Part shown: positions 54,536-64,000 of the stretch, piece by piece
How the letters are laid out: each line of letters starts with the position of its first letter
How positions within the stretch are numbered: the stretch's first letter is position 1
Assembly (NCBI GenBank): GCA_030141605.1
Contig: JAQGDQ010000882.1
Location: 1-64,000 of the forward strand
Length of the DNA: 64,000 nt
Direction: 5' to 3'
Source: Tubiluchus corallicola
Taxonomy: Eukaryota; Animalia; Priapulida
The notes under the pieces: generated by a model
Seen by the model: the letters and a program-made list of their open reading frames with translations, nothing else
Databases searched by the model: none
What the model was told of the DNA's origin: nothing
Position numbers and translations under genes: made by a program

Positions 54536-54947
54536 ATTAGAGATACTACAAAACCTCTTTGCCATGAATGGCTGTGTTAAATGAGCATACCAAAGCATTA
54601 GCTAACCAGAGTAGGTTTAAGTACGACTGCCGAAGAATATTGGGAGGTAGAGGGCAGCACAAATCACGTATTAAGTTACGGTAAGATTCCGAGAGAGGCA
54701 AAAGTTGATTTTCAAATTGAGAGACCGACTGATGCTAAAAAAATTATAATTTTTAACATCCAATCATATCAAAATTTAATTACTGCCGAAACAAAATATT
54801 AATACTTCAACTATTACACAAAAAGTTCTGGCCACTTGGAAATGATGATAGTGAAAATTTGCACTTATGACAGAGAATAATAAAGCCCTGATCTTGGTAG
54901 TAGATTTTCACAAATACAAGGCATTTTAGCCTCGTATTGCACATAAA

Positions 54948-55507
54948 CAGGCTGCATAAGATTATGGATATCCATAAAATAGACCAAAATAAAATTTGAA
55001 AAATCCATAAAATAAGAAATGCATAAAATAAACAAATATTTTTTTTGTGATTTTTTGTACAAAGTAACGAGTTGTAAGCGTTGGCAACACTGAAAACGAA
55101 CGTTAGAAGGAGAGAAAGAGAAAGAAAACAAACCAACAAAAGCGCATTTCCGGATTTGCTATTTTACATTGTTTTTTCTCATTGTCTTTTTGTTATCAAG
55201 ATGGCGAAGTTTCAGCCAAAGCATGAGCTGGAGTTCAGTCTGAAAACAACCGAGAGAGACCCAGCCATAGTCTCGTAAAATTTGATTAAATTTGAAGTGA
55301 TATGAAACCGATAAAATTAAAACGAAACTGATAAAATTAAAACTAAGTCCTGCGTGTTTAAAAACACGTTTCAAGCCTCCTGTTTTTACTTTTTAATTGA
55401 TTTCCCCCTGGGCATCTCGTTCCAGATATAGTCTATTTCTTATTTTATTGATATCCATAAAATAAGCTATTTTATTTATTTTATACATATCCACAATCTT
55501 ATGCACC
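54948..55507. mobile_element. MITE (CAGGCTGCATAAGATTATGG TIR), copy 2
   Basis: Matches 36822-37310. Confidence 0.8.
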
Positions 55508-55861
55508 AAACAAATTCTCAATTTAATGTAAATTTAGGAACAGACAACATGATCTACAAACTGGATGATCGTTTTTCCTACGTCGATCAATTAACTAAGC
55601 GTACAAGACACGCCACAAAAACACCAAATTTATTGTCCACGGAAATAAATAGAATTATATACGCTAATATGGTACAATACTAAACAATGGTAAACAAAGT
55701 ACTATATATATATATATATATAATAAAAAAATAATGCATTAAAGAAATTCTGTACATTATGTACACGCAAATTATTGGAAAACTATTGTCCAGAGACCAT
55801 AAAACAATGAGTATGGTAAAAACGAGTAAAACAAAATGAGGATTGGGGATCTATGTGCGTA

Positions 55862-56652
55862 TTTTGATACAGAACGTGATAACTTGATGAATTATCAAGT
55901 TTTTTGATATTAAACATGATAACGTGACGAATTATCAAGTTTTTTGATACAGAACATGATAACGTGATGAATTATCAAGTTTTTTATACAGAACATGATA
56001 ACGTGATGAATTATCAAGTTTTTTTATACAGAACATGATAACGTGATGAATTATCAAGTTTTTTGATACAGAACATGATATGAATTATCCAGTTTTTTGA
56101 TACAGAACATGATATGAATTATCCAGTTTTTTGATATTGAACATGATATGAATTATCCAGTTTTTTGATACAGAACATGATAACGTGATGAATTATCAAG
56201 TTTTTTTATACAGAACATGATAACGTGATGAATTATCAAGTTTTTTGATACAGAACATGATAACCTGATGAATTATCAAGTTTTTTGATACAGAACATGA
56301 TATGAATTATCCAGTTTTTTGATAGAGAACATGATATGAATTATCCAGTTTTTTGATACAGAACATGATAACGTGATGAATTATCAAGTTTTTTGTTACA
56401 GAACATGATAACCTGATGAATTATCAAGTTTTTTTTATACAGAACATGATAACGTGATGAATTATCAAGTTTTTTTTATACAGAACATGATAACGTGATG
56501 AATTATCAAGTTTTTTTGATACAGAACATGATAACGTGATGAATTATCAAGTTTTTCTTAAAACTACCAGTGAGGAATCAATTCTCGCTGGGCTCAGTAA
56601 CAATGTAATTTTTTAAAACTGCGCTACTGGGTGTTGCAAAAAAAACTGTGAC
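55862..56652. repeat. ~38-bp minisatellite expanded within a repeat element also present at ~49400-49570
   Basis: gatacagaacatgataacgtgatgaattatcaagtttttt x ~18, followed by the same cttaaaactaccagtga...gttgcaaaaaaaactgtgac tail seen at 49475-49570. Confidence 0.9.
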
Positions 56653-57230
56653 ATTGACAACCGCGACGGTCGGAATGTATAAAAAGTTACGTGACGTCTT
56701 ACTAGAATCAGTTTCATAATTAAAACAGATATTAAACAATCGTTGCACAAAAACTAACAAGGCACAAAGAAAAGCAGTGCAAATGTCAAATGTTTAAATA
56801 GTCTTGTAGAGGCTCAGCTTCTGTGCTGTGTAAGACAAAGAGAGACAGAAAAATGTTTCAAGCTGCCCAGCTGCCGTTTGACGAACTGAATTCTGACGAA
56901 CACACATTCGACAGCTCGTGCGTAATCACAGCAGTAAATATGAAATCTGAATTTTATCTTTAAAAAATGCCTAGTTTTGGTACAACACACTGAATATCTT
57001 ACAGTAGCACTGTGCTTCAATTTTCACATTCGCATGTTTGTGATGTAAACGATAGTTGGGCTCGTCTGTCGTTAATTAATTTTAAGTTTTTAATCTATTA
57101 TTTAATTATCAGAAATGCTTTTGCAGTATTAATTGTGTTAGAATTTGCACTATCTTCCTGTCTTCCATCGAGGTCCAGCAAACCGAGATGTGATTGTATT
57201 TTGCAGCAAAAATACTAATAATTTGTTCGA

Positions 57231-57395
57231 AAATTGTGCAGTAAAATCACAGCTAAATTGTGCAGTGAAATCACAGCTAAACTGTGCAGTGAAATCACAG
57301 CTAAATAGTGCAGTGAAATCACAGCTAAATAGTGCAGTGAAATCACAGCTAAATTGCGCAGTGAAATCACAGCTAAATTGTCCAGTGAAATCACT
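57231..57395. repeat. 24-bp tandem repeat x~7
   Basis: aattgtgcagtgaaatcacagcta repeated. Confidence 0.9.
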
Positions 57396-57451
57396 ACGCT
57401 TTTGCAGTACTATGTGCTGATTTATTTAAACTTGTGTTGCCCCCTCTTTTC

Positions 57452-58034
57452 TGTTATAAACTGGTTTCCTTTTAAACAGGTCATGTGACCAGACTCTTAC
57501 CTGTACACTTACCTGTAGATTGGAGTCACTCAGGCGTTCACACACTGCAGTGACAAATTGTTTAGCGTCAGTCATTGATTCGTTGTTATAATTTCATAAT
57601 TACACTTATACAAGATCACCATGTAAGTTGATTTCTTAATTTCTTACATCTTGAACTTTTGTTTATTAAAAAGACTAAAGATTAGATTTTATAATTTGCG
57701 TAAAACTTTGTTAAAGTTAATTAGATAAATTTGGTTTAGATTTCGCAGTAAAATTGAGCAAAATTATATAAAATTATCTTATTTGTTTTCAGATTAAACA
57801 ATACAAGCTACACAATTATGTTGTTGGAGTTTTTTTTATAAGAAGGTAGCACAGTTTAATATGATTCTTGGTGTAATTGACATGGACGACAGCTATACGG
57901 TGTGTCCTTGAGTAAGCTGGTATCTGGGGCAACACTGCAGAGCGGTTTAACTTCGAGCTACGCTACGTGTATACCTGATAGTATTATATTGACAATGAAG
58001 CCAGAGCTGCTGTACGATACTACAGGATTTAACA
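57452..58034 (+). repeat. Putative 5' LTR
   Basis: Begins TGTTA and ends TAACA (inverted termini), 40 nt before the gag ATG. The second LTR is outside the window, so boundaries are unverified. Confidence 0.5.
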
Positions 58035-58074
58035 TTACGAGCAAGTAGAAATATATTTGGACTTTTAAAGCAAA

Positions 58075-60141
58075 ATGACTGATCCTTCAAACCAAATTCA
58101 GTTGAGAAAACTTGAACTTAAAAATAAAAAGCAAGAAGAATTAAGAGATATTCTTCGTGAAAGAGGGTTGATAGTTCATGGTAATAAAGCTGAATTAGTC
58201 ACAAGGATAATTGAAGATGAGCACAGCAAGTGCATTGCAAGTGCAATGCATGAGTGCAGTGCATTGCAAGCAGCAAGCACTCATGACAAGGAAGCCGGAA
58301 CTGATGCGGATGAAAAATCAGCAAAAGCAACTTCAGAGCGGAAAAGCAAGCATAGCGCAAAGGGAGCTAAGAGGGATTCTCTATTCGCATCTTCCAAGAC
58401 AGCTTCAAAGATGAGTGAGAGAAAGTTACGACTTAATGAACTGAAAATACAAGAGCAGGAATTAAAGCTGCAAGCAATGAAAATAAGGCATGAACGTTTG
58501 CAGAGTGAATTCTCAGGTGAGCAGAAGTCGCAGGTAACTGACATTAAACCAGCCTATTATGTGGCGCCACCTGTTGCCGAAAAATGGACTAAACAGAAGG
58601 TCGCTGAATGGTTGAAGCAATCTGAAGACGTATCTGCAGATTTGCAACAAATAAGTGGAAAGTTTGAAGGCTCCAATAGTACAAATAAATACAAAACGCA
58701 AGCCTTCGTAACTCTTGCAACAAATGACAAGTATGCTTTAGGCGCTCTAGTTTTAGCAAGCAGCCTGCGTCGTGTCAGTACAGCTCGTTACTTAACTGTC
58801 ATGGTTACAAATAATATATCGCAAAATATGATGAGGCATCTTCGCGATAAATTTGACTATGTTCAACTAGTTGAAACAATAGATGGTAATGATCCTGAAA
58901 ACCTGTATTTATTAGGAAGACCTGAGCTGAACGTAACCTATACCAAATTACATTGTTGGCGCCTCACACAATTTAGCAAGTGTATTTTCTTGGACGCCGA
59001 TACGTTGGTCCTGCAAAACATTGATGAACTCTTCCAAAGAAAAGAGTTTTCAGCAGCACCTGACGTCGGATGGCCCGACTGTTTTAATAGCGGCGTGTTT
59101 GTGTTTCAGCCAAGTATAGACACGTTCAATCAACTTGTTTCGTTTGCGACGTCTACGGCTAGCACGTTTGACGGAGTTGACCGAGGGATGCTAAACCAGT
59201 ACTTTAGTAATTGGGCTACAGTGGCTCTACCTATGGGCGAGGCTAGGTACGAATCAAGAATGTTCAGCGAGTGGTTTCATATTTACAATGCTGACGTTAT
59301 GCCTATGTTACATGAGCAACGTATAAGCAATGAAGCGCGATATAATTTCCGTGATTTTAAAAACTTGCCCGCGGATGACTTAAATGTTTCAGCACCCACA
59401 TTTGCCCCCGGGTTTCCAAGTAAAAGCGTGAGCCTTTGCTCAACCTCATACGTAGGCAAACATAAACAACTGCCAGCAACGTCGGCTATAGATGAACCTA
59501 CTCGCGGATTGCAATGGATGGACCAATCTCAGGACATGACAGCATTCATGAATATCATGCGTGAAGGACAGCGTCAGCAAATGAACATGTATAATGCCAT
59601 GCAGCTTCCTGCGGTTGAGCTTGAAAAATGTGATGGCAATGTGATGCATTTCTGGCGTTTTATTAAGCGCTTCGAGGCCAGTGTAGAGAATTACACAGAA
59701 GATGAGGCAGCAAAACACACAAGGTTACTACAACTCTGCACTGGAAGAGCTAAGGCTGTCGTGGAAAGTTGGCATTATATGGATCCCCATATGGCCTTTA
59801 GACGTGCTAAGTATTTGCTAACAGAACGGTTTGGATCTCCCTACATGGTAACTCAGGCTTGGTTGGATAAAAATAACAATTTTAGTTGTATAAAAATACA
59901 GGAGCCAGAAAAGTTACAGGAGTTCTCAGATGCACTTGTTGGGTGTATTGAAACATTAAAATGCATGAACAATTTGAGTGAAATCAATACTCAATCCGGT
60001 TTACTGCAAATTATTAGAAAGCTGCCATATAAGTTCCAAGACAAATGGAAGGATGTTGTGTGCCGGTTACTGAAGACGCAAAACAGGAACCCATCCATAT
60101 ATGATGCAGTTGACTTTGTGAAAAAGCAGCAGAGAAGATGA
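58075..60141 (+). CDS. BEL/Pao Gag with N-terminal SAP-like motif and an in-frame captured glycogenin (GT8) domain
   Basis: aa ~13-47 SAP-like; aa 209-382 [19 protein letters not shown]...[37 protein letters not shown]...[22 protein letters not shown]...[18 protein letters not shown] is glycogenin-like; aa ~510-688 BEL capsid region. Confidence 0.92.
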   Translation: MTDPSNQIQLRKLELKNKKQEELRDILRERGLIVHGNKAELVTRIIEDEHSKCIASAMHECSALQAASTHDKEAGTDADEKSAKATSERKSKHSAKGAKRDSLFASSKTASKMSERKLRLNELKIQEQELKLQAMKIRHERLQSEFSGEQKSQVTDIKPAYYVAPPVAEKWTKQKVAEWLKQSEDVSADLQQISGKFEGSNSTNKYKTQAFVTLATNDKYALGALVLASSLRRVSTARYLTVMVTNNISQNMMRHLRDKFDYVQLVETIDGNDPENLYLLGRPELNVTYTKLHCWRLTQFSKCIFLDADTLVLQNIDELFQRKEFSAAPDVGWPDCFNSGVFVFQPSIDTFNQLVSFATSTASTFDGVDRGMLNQYFSNWATVALPMGEARYESRMFSEWFHIYNADVMPMLHEQRISNEARYNFRDFKNLPADDLNVSAPTFAPGFPSKSVSLCSTSYVGKHKQLPATSAIDEPTRGLQWMDQSQDMTAFMNIMREGQRQQMNMYNAMQLPAVELEKCDGNVMHFWRFIKRFEASVENYTEDEAAKHTRLLQLCTGRAKAVVESWHYMDPHMAFRRAKYLLTERFGSPYMVTQAWLDKNNNFSCIKIQEPEKLQEFSDALVGCIETLKCMNNLSEINTQSGLLQIIRKLPYKFQDKWKDVVCRLLKTQNRNPSIYDAVDFVKKQQRR

Positions 60142-60311
60142 ATCATCCAGTATAGGAGAATTGTATAACAATGGCCCAAAGAGAGTAAAGCAAAGCAGTG
60201 CAGCCAAAAACTTTGCCAGCATTTCTAAAAATATTGCAACTCCTGGTGCTTCTACGCAAGTTATAAGGGTGAAAGAACGCAATTTAGAAGAGAGCAAGAA
60301 GCCAGGAAACA

Positions 60312-63305
60312 ATGCCAAACAATGCTTGTTGTGTAACTCGGCTGAGCATGTATCATTACAAAAATGCAAAAAGATTTAGCACGATGAATGACATGGAGAA
60401 ATTGGCATACACAAGGAAAGAACGTTTGTGCTACAATTGCCTGGCTAAAGGGAGACACAGAGCCTACCAGTGTACAAAACCCCCCTGCGATGTGGATGGA
60501 TGCAACCGGAAACACTCTTCCTTACTTCACCATGCATTAGAAAGAAATGCACAAGCACAGCAGAACAATGCAGCTAGCCAAACGGATATGGATCGGCAAA
60601 GCACAACTCGAGCAGTTTCGTGTCTAAATAAAGCTTCCCGCAGAGTCACAAAGGCGGCGTTACCAGTAGTGCCAGTCTTAGTACATGTAGAAGTGAAAAG
60701 ACCTGTAAAAACATTGGCATTATTAGATCCAGGTTCTACAAACACCTTTTGTTCGAAAGCACTGTTTAATCAACTTGGAGCCAAAGGAAAAGAAAATGTT
60801 CTGTTGTTAACTACTATAGAGAAGAAACATAGCAGGACAGACACAATGGTAACTAGCATGACAGTCATGAGGATGGATAGAAACAACCATATAGAGCTCC
60901 CTTGTGTATTTGTTCGGCCTACTCTCATGTTAGATGTTCAATCTCTAGCAACGCATGAAGATGTGATAAAATGGCCGCATCTCCGAGACTTAGATGATGT
61001 TCTAATGAGCATAGAGGAGAAAGATCAAATGGAATTAGGTCTCTTGATTGGTCAAGATGTCGGTGAAGCATTAATTCCCCTTGAAGTAAGGACGGGGGAA
61101 AAGGACGCCCCATATGCCATTAGAACCAAACTAGGTTGGACGCTTAATGGCCCTATAGGGGGCGGTAGAGTCAATATGTCAGTAGCAAATAACATGATTT
61201 TAACAAACGGAATGCAGAACCAGGATGAAAAACTGCAAAACCTTGTTGAGAGATTTTGGAAATTGGACAGTGTAGATGACGATGGACGTCTGTCCAGAGA
61301 AGACATTAAAGTACTAGACATTTGGGAGAAATCAATCACAAAACGAGGTGACCATTATGAACTGCAGATACCATTCAAAGAGGAAAAATGCAAATTACCA
61401 AATAGCCGGGAGATGGCAGAAAAGAGGCTGGCTAGTTTGGGCACCAGACTAAACAAGAATCTAAAATTACATGAAAAATACACCGAGGAAATGAATGATT
61501 TACTTAGAAAGGGATATGCGGAGAAGGTTGAAGAAGCAGACGACCAAGATGTCACAATGAAATGGTATCTCCCACATTTTCCTGTTTATAATGAAAATAA
61601 GCCTGACAAAACTCGGATAGTTTTCGATTGTGGAGCGAAATGTGATGGCATCTCGCTGAACATATTAGCATTACAGGGACCTGATCTGACCAACACACTT
61701 CTTGGAGTATTATTGCGATTCAGGGAGAAGCCCGTTGGAATGATGGCAGACATAGTGGGCATGTTTCATCAAGTCTTCGTTGCTCCTCAGAACAGAGACA
61801 TGCTACGCTTCCTGTGGTGGCCAGATGGACAATTGGATAAACCACCACAAACTTATAGGATGACAGTGCATTTATTTGGAGGGGTTTGGTCCCCGAGTGC
61901 AGCATCCTTTGCAGTCAGGCGCACGGCAACAGATAATGTGGAAAACTTCGACTGTGGGGCAGTCAGTACTGTGCTGCGCAATTTCTATGTTGATGACTGC
62001 TTGAAATCCGTGGATACAGCAGAGCAAGCTATTAACCTGATTTCTTGCTTGTCTGCATTACTTGCCAAGGGAGGCTTTTGTTTAACCAAATGGACCAGCA
62101 ATATCAAGCAGGTTTTGGCAGAAGTCCCAGAAGAGCACAGAGGCAAACTGGTTCAAAATTTAGACTTGGCTCATGATCCACTTCCCATTGAGCGTGCCCT
62201 TGGGGTCAAATGGGAGGTCGAAGGAGACACCTTTGGAATCCAGGTCAAAACTAGGGATAAACCTCACACCAGACGAGGACTTCTAAGCTCACTGGCTTCG
62301 GTATACGATCCCCTAGGAATGGTAAACCCATTTGTTTTGCAAGCAAAATTGCTTTTCCAAGATGAATGCCGCATCAAAACGAAGTCTTGGGATGATAAAT
62401 TGGAGGATGCCACTGAGAAAAAATGGATTAAATGGAAGAGCGAATGCCAACTTCTAGAGAGTTTCAAAATGAGCCGTTGTGTGAAGCCTTGTGATTTTGG
62501 CACGGTTTTGACAAGTGAACTGCACCACTTTTGTGATGCATCGCAATATGCATACGGAGCTGTTAGTTATATACGTTTAACGAATGACTGTGGTTCAGTT
62601 CATGTATCATTCCTAATGGCAAAGTCTCGACTAGCGCCAATTAAGGGTCTCACAATACCCAGACTGGAGCTGTGTTCAGCAGTACTAGCAGCAACAATGG
62701 ACAAAATCCTAAGAGACAAGTTGTCTTTATACATAGATTCCTCAACTTTCTGGACTGATAGTGTCATAGTTCTGCAATATATAAGAAACACCACAAAACG
62801 GTTTCACACGTTTGTGCAGAACAGAGTGACTCAGATTCTTGAAGTTTCATCTCCCATGCAGTGGCGTCGTGTAAATTCACTGGAGAACCCTGCTGACGAC
62901 GTCTCCCGTGGGATGGATGCGGCTTCCTTGATAGCCTTGGAAAGATGGAAGCATGGACCAAGCTTTCTGCTAGAAACTGAAGAACATTGGCCGCAACTGA
63001 ACATAGATGCAGAGAAAGACTGGATAGAAAACGACAAGGAAGTCAAGAAAGTGGTTACAGTTAACAACATTGAAGCGAAAAGTGAAGCAGATGTAGATGT
63101 CATCAATCAGCTGATAACGCATTACTCATCGCTATATCGATTAAAGAGAGCGGTAGCATGGATACTGAGAGTCAAAAGAACACTTCTAGCTAAAATTAAA
63201 GGAAAAGATCTCACTGAACTGGCTCACCTGACAAAGCCTGAACTGGATGAAGCCTTACACGACATGTACAACGAGAATGCTTTGGTGTTGAACGTAGAGC
63301 ATTAA
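60312..63305 (+). CDS. BEL/Pao Pol segment (zinc knuckles, aspartic protease, reverse transcriptase, RNase H)
   Basis: CYNCLAKGRHRAYQC, CDVDGCNRKHSSLLH, LDPGS, YVDD, CDAS, RLEL. The true frame is entered via a frameshift near 60370. Confidence 0.92.
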   Translation: MPNNACCVTRLSMYHYKNAKRFSTMNDMEKLAYTRKERLCYNCLAKGRHRAYQCTKPPCDVDGCNRKHSSLLHHALERNAQAQQNNAASQTDMDRQSTTRAVSCLNKASRRVTKAALPVVPVLVHVEVKRPVKTLALLDPGSTNTFCSKALFNQLGAKGKENVLLLTTIEKKHSRTDTMVTSMTVMRMDRNNHIELPCVFVRPTLMLDVQSLATHEDVIKWPHLRDLDDVLMSIEEKDQMELGLLIGQDVGEALIPLEVRTGEKDAPYAIRTKLGWTLNGPIGGGRVNMSVANNMILTNGMQNQDEKLQNLVERFWKLDSVDDDGRLSREDIKVLDIWEKSITKRGDHYELQIPFKEEKCKLPNSREMAEKRLASLGTRLNKNLKLHEKYTEEMNDLLRKGYAEKVEEADDQDVTMKWYLPHFPVYNENKPDKTRIVFDCGAKCDGISLNILALQGPDLTNTLLGVLLRFREKPVGMMADIVGMFHQVFVAPQNRDMLRFLWWPDGQLDKPPQTYRMTVHLFGGVWSPSAASFAVRRTATDNVENFDCGAVSTVLRNFYVDDCLKSVDTAEQAINLISCLSALLAKGGFCLTKWTSNIKQVLAEVPEEHRGKLVQNLDLAHDPLPIERALGVKWEVEGDTFGIQVKTRDKPHTRRGLLSSLASVYDPLGMVNPFVLQAKLLFQDECRIKTKSWDDKLEDATEKKWIKWKSECQLLESFKMSRCVKPCDFGTVLTSELHHFCDASQYAYGAVSYIRLTNDCGSVHVSFLMAKSRLAPIKGLTIPRLELCSAVLAATMDKILRDKLSLYIDSSTFWTDSVIVLQYIRNTTKRFHTFVQNRVTQILEVSSPMQWRRVNSLENPADDVSRGMDAASLIALERWKHGPSFLLETEEHWPQLNIDAEKDWIENDKEVKKVVTVNNIEAKSEADVDVINQLITHYSSLYRLKRAVAWILRVKRTLLAKIKGKDLTELAHLTKPELDEALHDMYNENALVLNVEH

Positions 63306-64000
63306 AGTCAAAGGATCAGCATGTCGCAAAGTCAAGCACCTTATACAGACTAAATCCATTTATGGACGAAAAGTGTGTCCTGCGTATTGGAGGCCGCCTG
63401 AAGAGATTAACCATGAATAGAGAAGTAAAGCATCCAATTATTCTACCTAAAGGTCATAGACTTTCTCGGCTTATTGTAAAACAATTCCATGAAGAGAATG
63501 GTCATGTTGGAAGAGACCATGTAATGGCATTGGTAAGAGCAAAGTTCTGGATCGTAGGCATAAGAGTGATTGCTCGACAAGTTTGCCATGAATGTAGAGA
63601 ATGCCGACTACGTCATTCGCAACCTATGAAGCAGAAGATGGCTGACTTGTCGAAAGAGAGGATTGAATGCACTGATGTGTTCTCTGTGGTTGGAGTGGAC
63701 TGTTTTGGTCCTTTTCTTGTCAGACGTGGCAGAGTAGAAGTATAACGCTATGGAGCACTATTTACGTGTCTCTCAACTAGAAGCATCCACTTAGAAGTGC
63801 TATACGCCATGACAACAGACTCTTTCATCAAAGCTTTACACAGATTCTGCAGTAGGAAAGGAAATCCCACCAAGATTAAATCAGATTGCGGAACGAATTT
63901 TGTGGGTGCAGACAAAGAGCTGAAGAAGTCACTGTTGGAATGGAATCAGGACGTAATAAGCAATGAACTACTGCAGAAAGATATTGAGTGGGAGTTTAAC
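63306..64000 (+). pseudogene. BEL/Pao integrase, disrupted (frame break near 63300, in-frame TAA 63743-63745), truncated by the window end
   Basis: LNPFMDEKCVLRIGGRL, KHPIILP, HEENGHVG, CHECREC, GVDCFGP, then *RYGALFTCLSTRSIHLE...KSDCGTNF. Confidence 0.85.

Larger units (their letters stand above)
57452..64000 (+). mobile_element. BEL/Pao LTR retrotransposon (runs off the window end; several frameshifts and stops)
   Basis: Domain order: gag (DUF1759-like [21 protein letters not shown]; LLTERFG), three Cys/His knuckles, protease ALLDPGS, RT (WYLPHFPV, RIVFD, FYVDD), Pao RNase H (LHHFCDAS, IPRLEL, FWTDS, NPADDVSRG), integrase (H..GH, C..C, GVDCFGP, SDCGTNF). This PR-RT-RH-IN order with triple knuckle is characteristic of BEL/Pao. 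Confidence 0.95.

Noticed and set aside
58699-59220. A standalone host glycogenin gene interrupted by the retrotransposon
   Set aside because: No own start, introns or splice signals; it is fused in frame on both sides to Gag sequence downstream of the putative LTR and lacks the glycogenin C-terminus.

Overview
AT-rich, repeat-dense genomic DNA from an invertebrate animal (GT-AG introns, MITEs, LINE remnants, minisatellites). It contains three nicotinamide riboside kinase (NRK/NMRK) paralogs with intronless CDSs (1126-1740 -, 2904-4121 +, 11786-12787 -). Two copies of a box C/D snoRNA resembling SNORD48 lie in a probable non-coding host unit (~18.8-22.4 kb, -). A complete 4-exon RPS23 gene (-) is head-to-head, ~90 bp ATG to ATG, with a 9-exon V-ATPase accessory subunit ATP6AP1/Ac45 gene (+), and an intronless syntaxin-18 sits in ATP6AP1 intron 1 on the same strand. 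From ~57.45 kb to the window end there is a mildly degenerate BEL/Pao LTR retrotransposon. The most striking observation is that its Gag ORF carries an in-frame, intronless, host-like glycogenin (GT8) domain between an N-terminal SAP-like motif and the capsid region. The nucleotide-sugar/DxD half is kept, while the acceptor-Tyr/His212 segment is deleted. All family assignments are from recalled motifs; no database searches were run.
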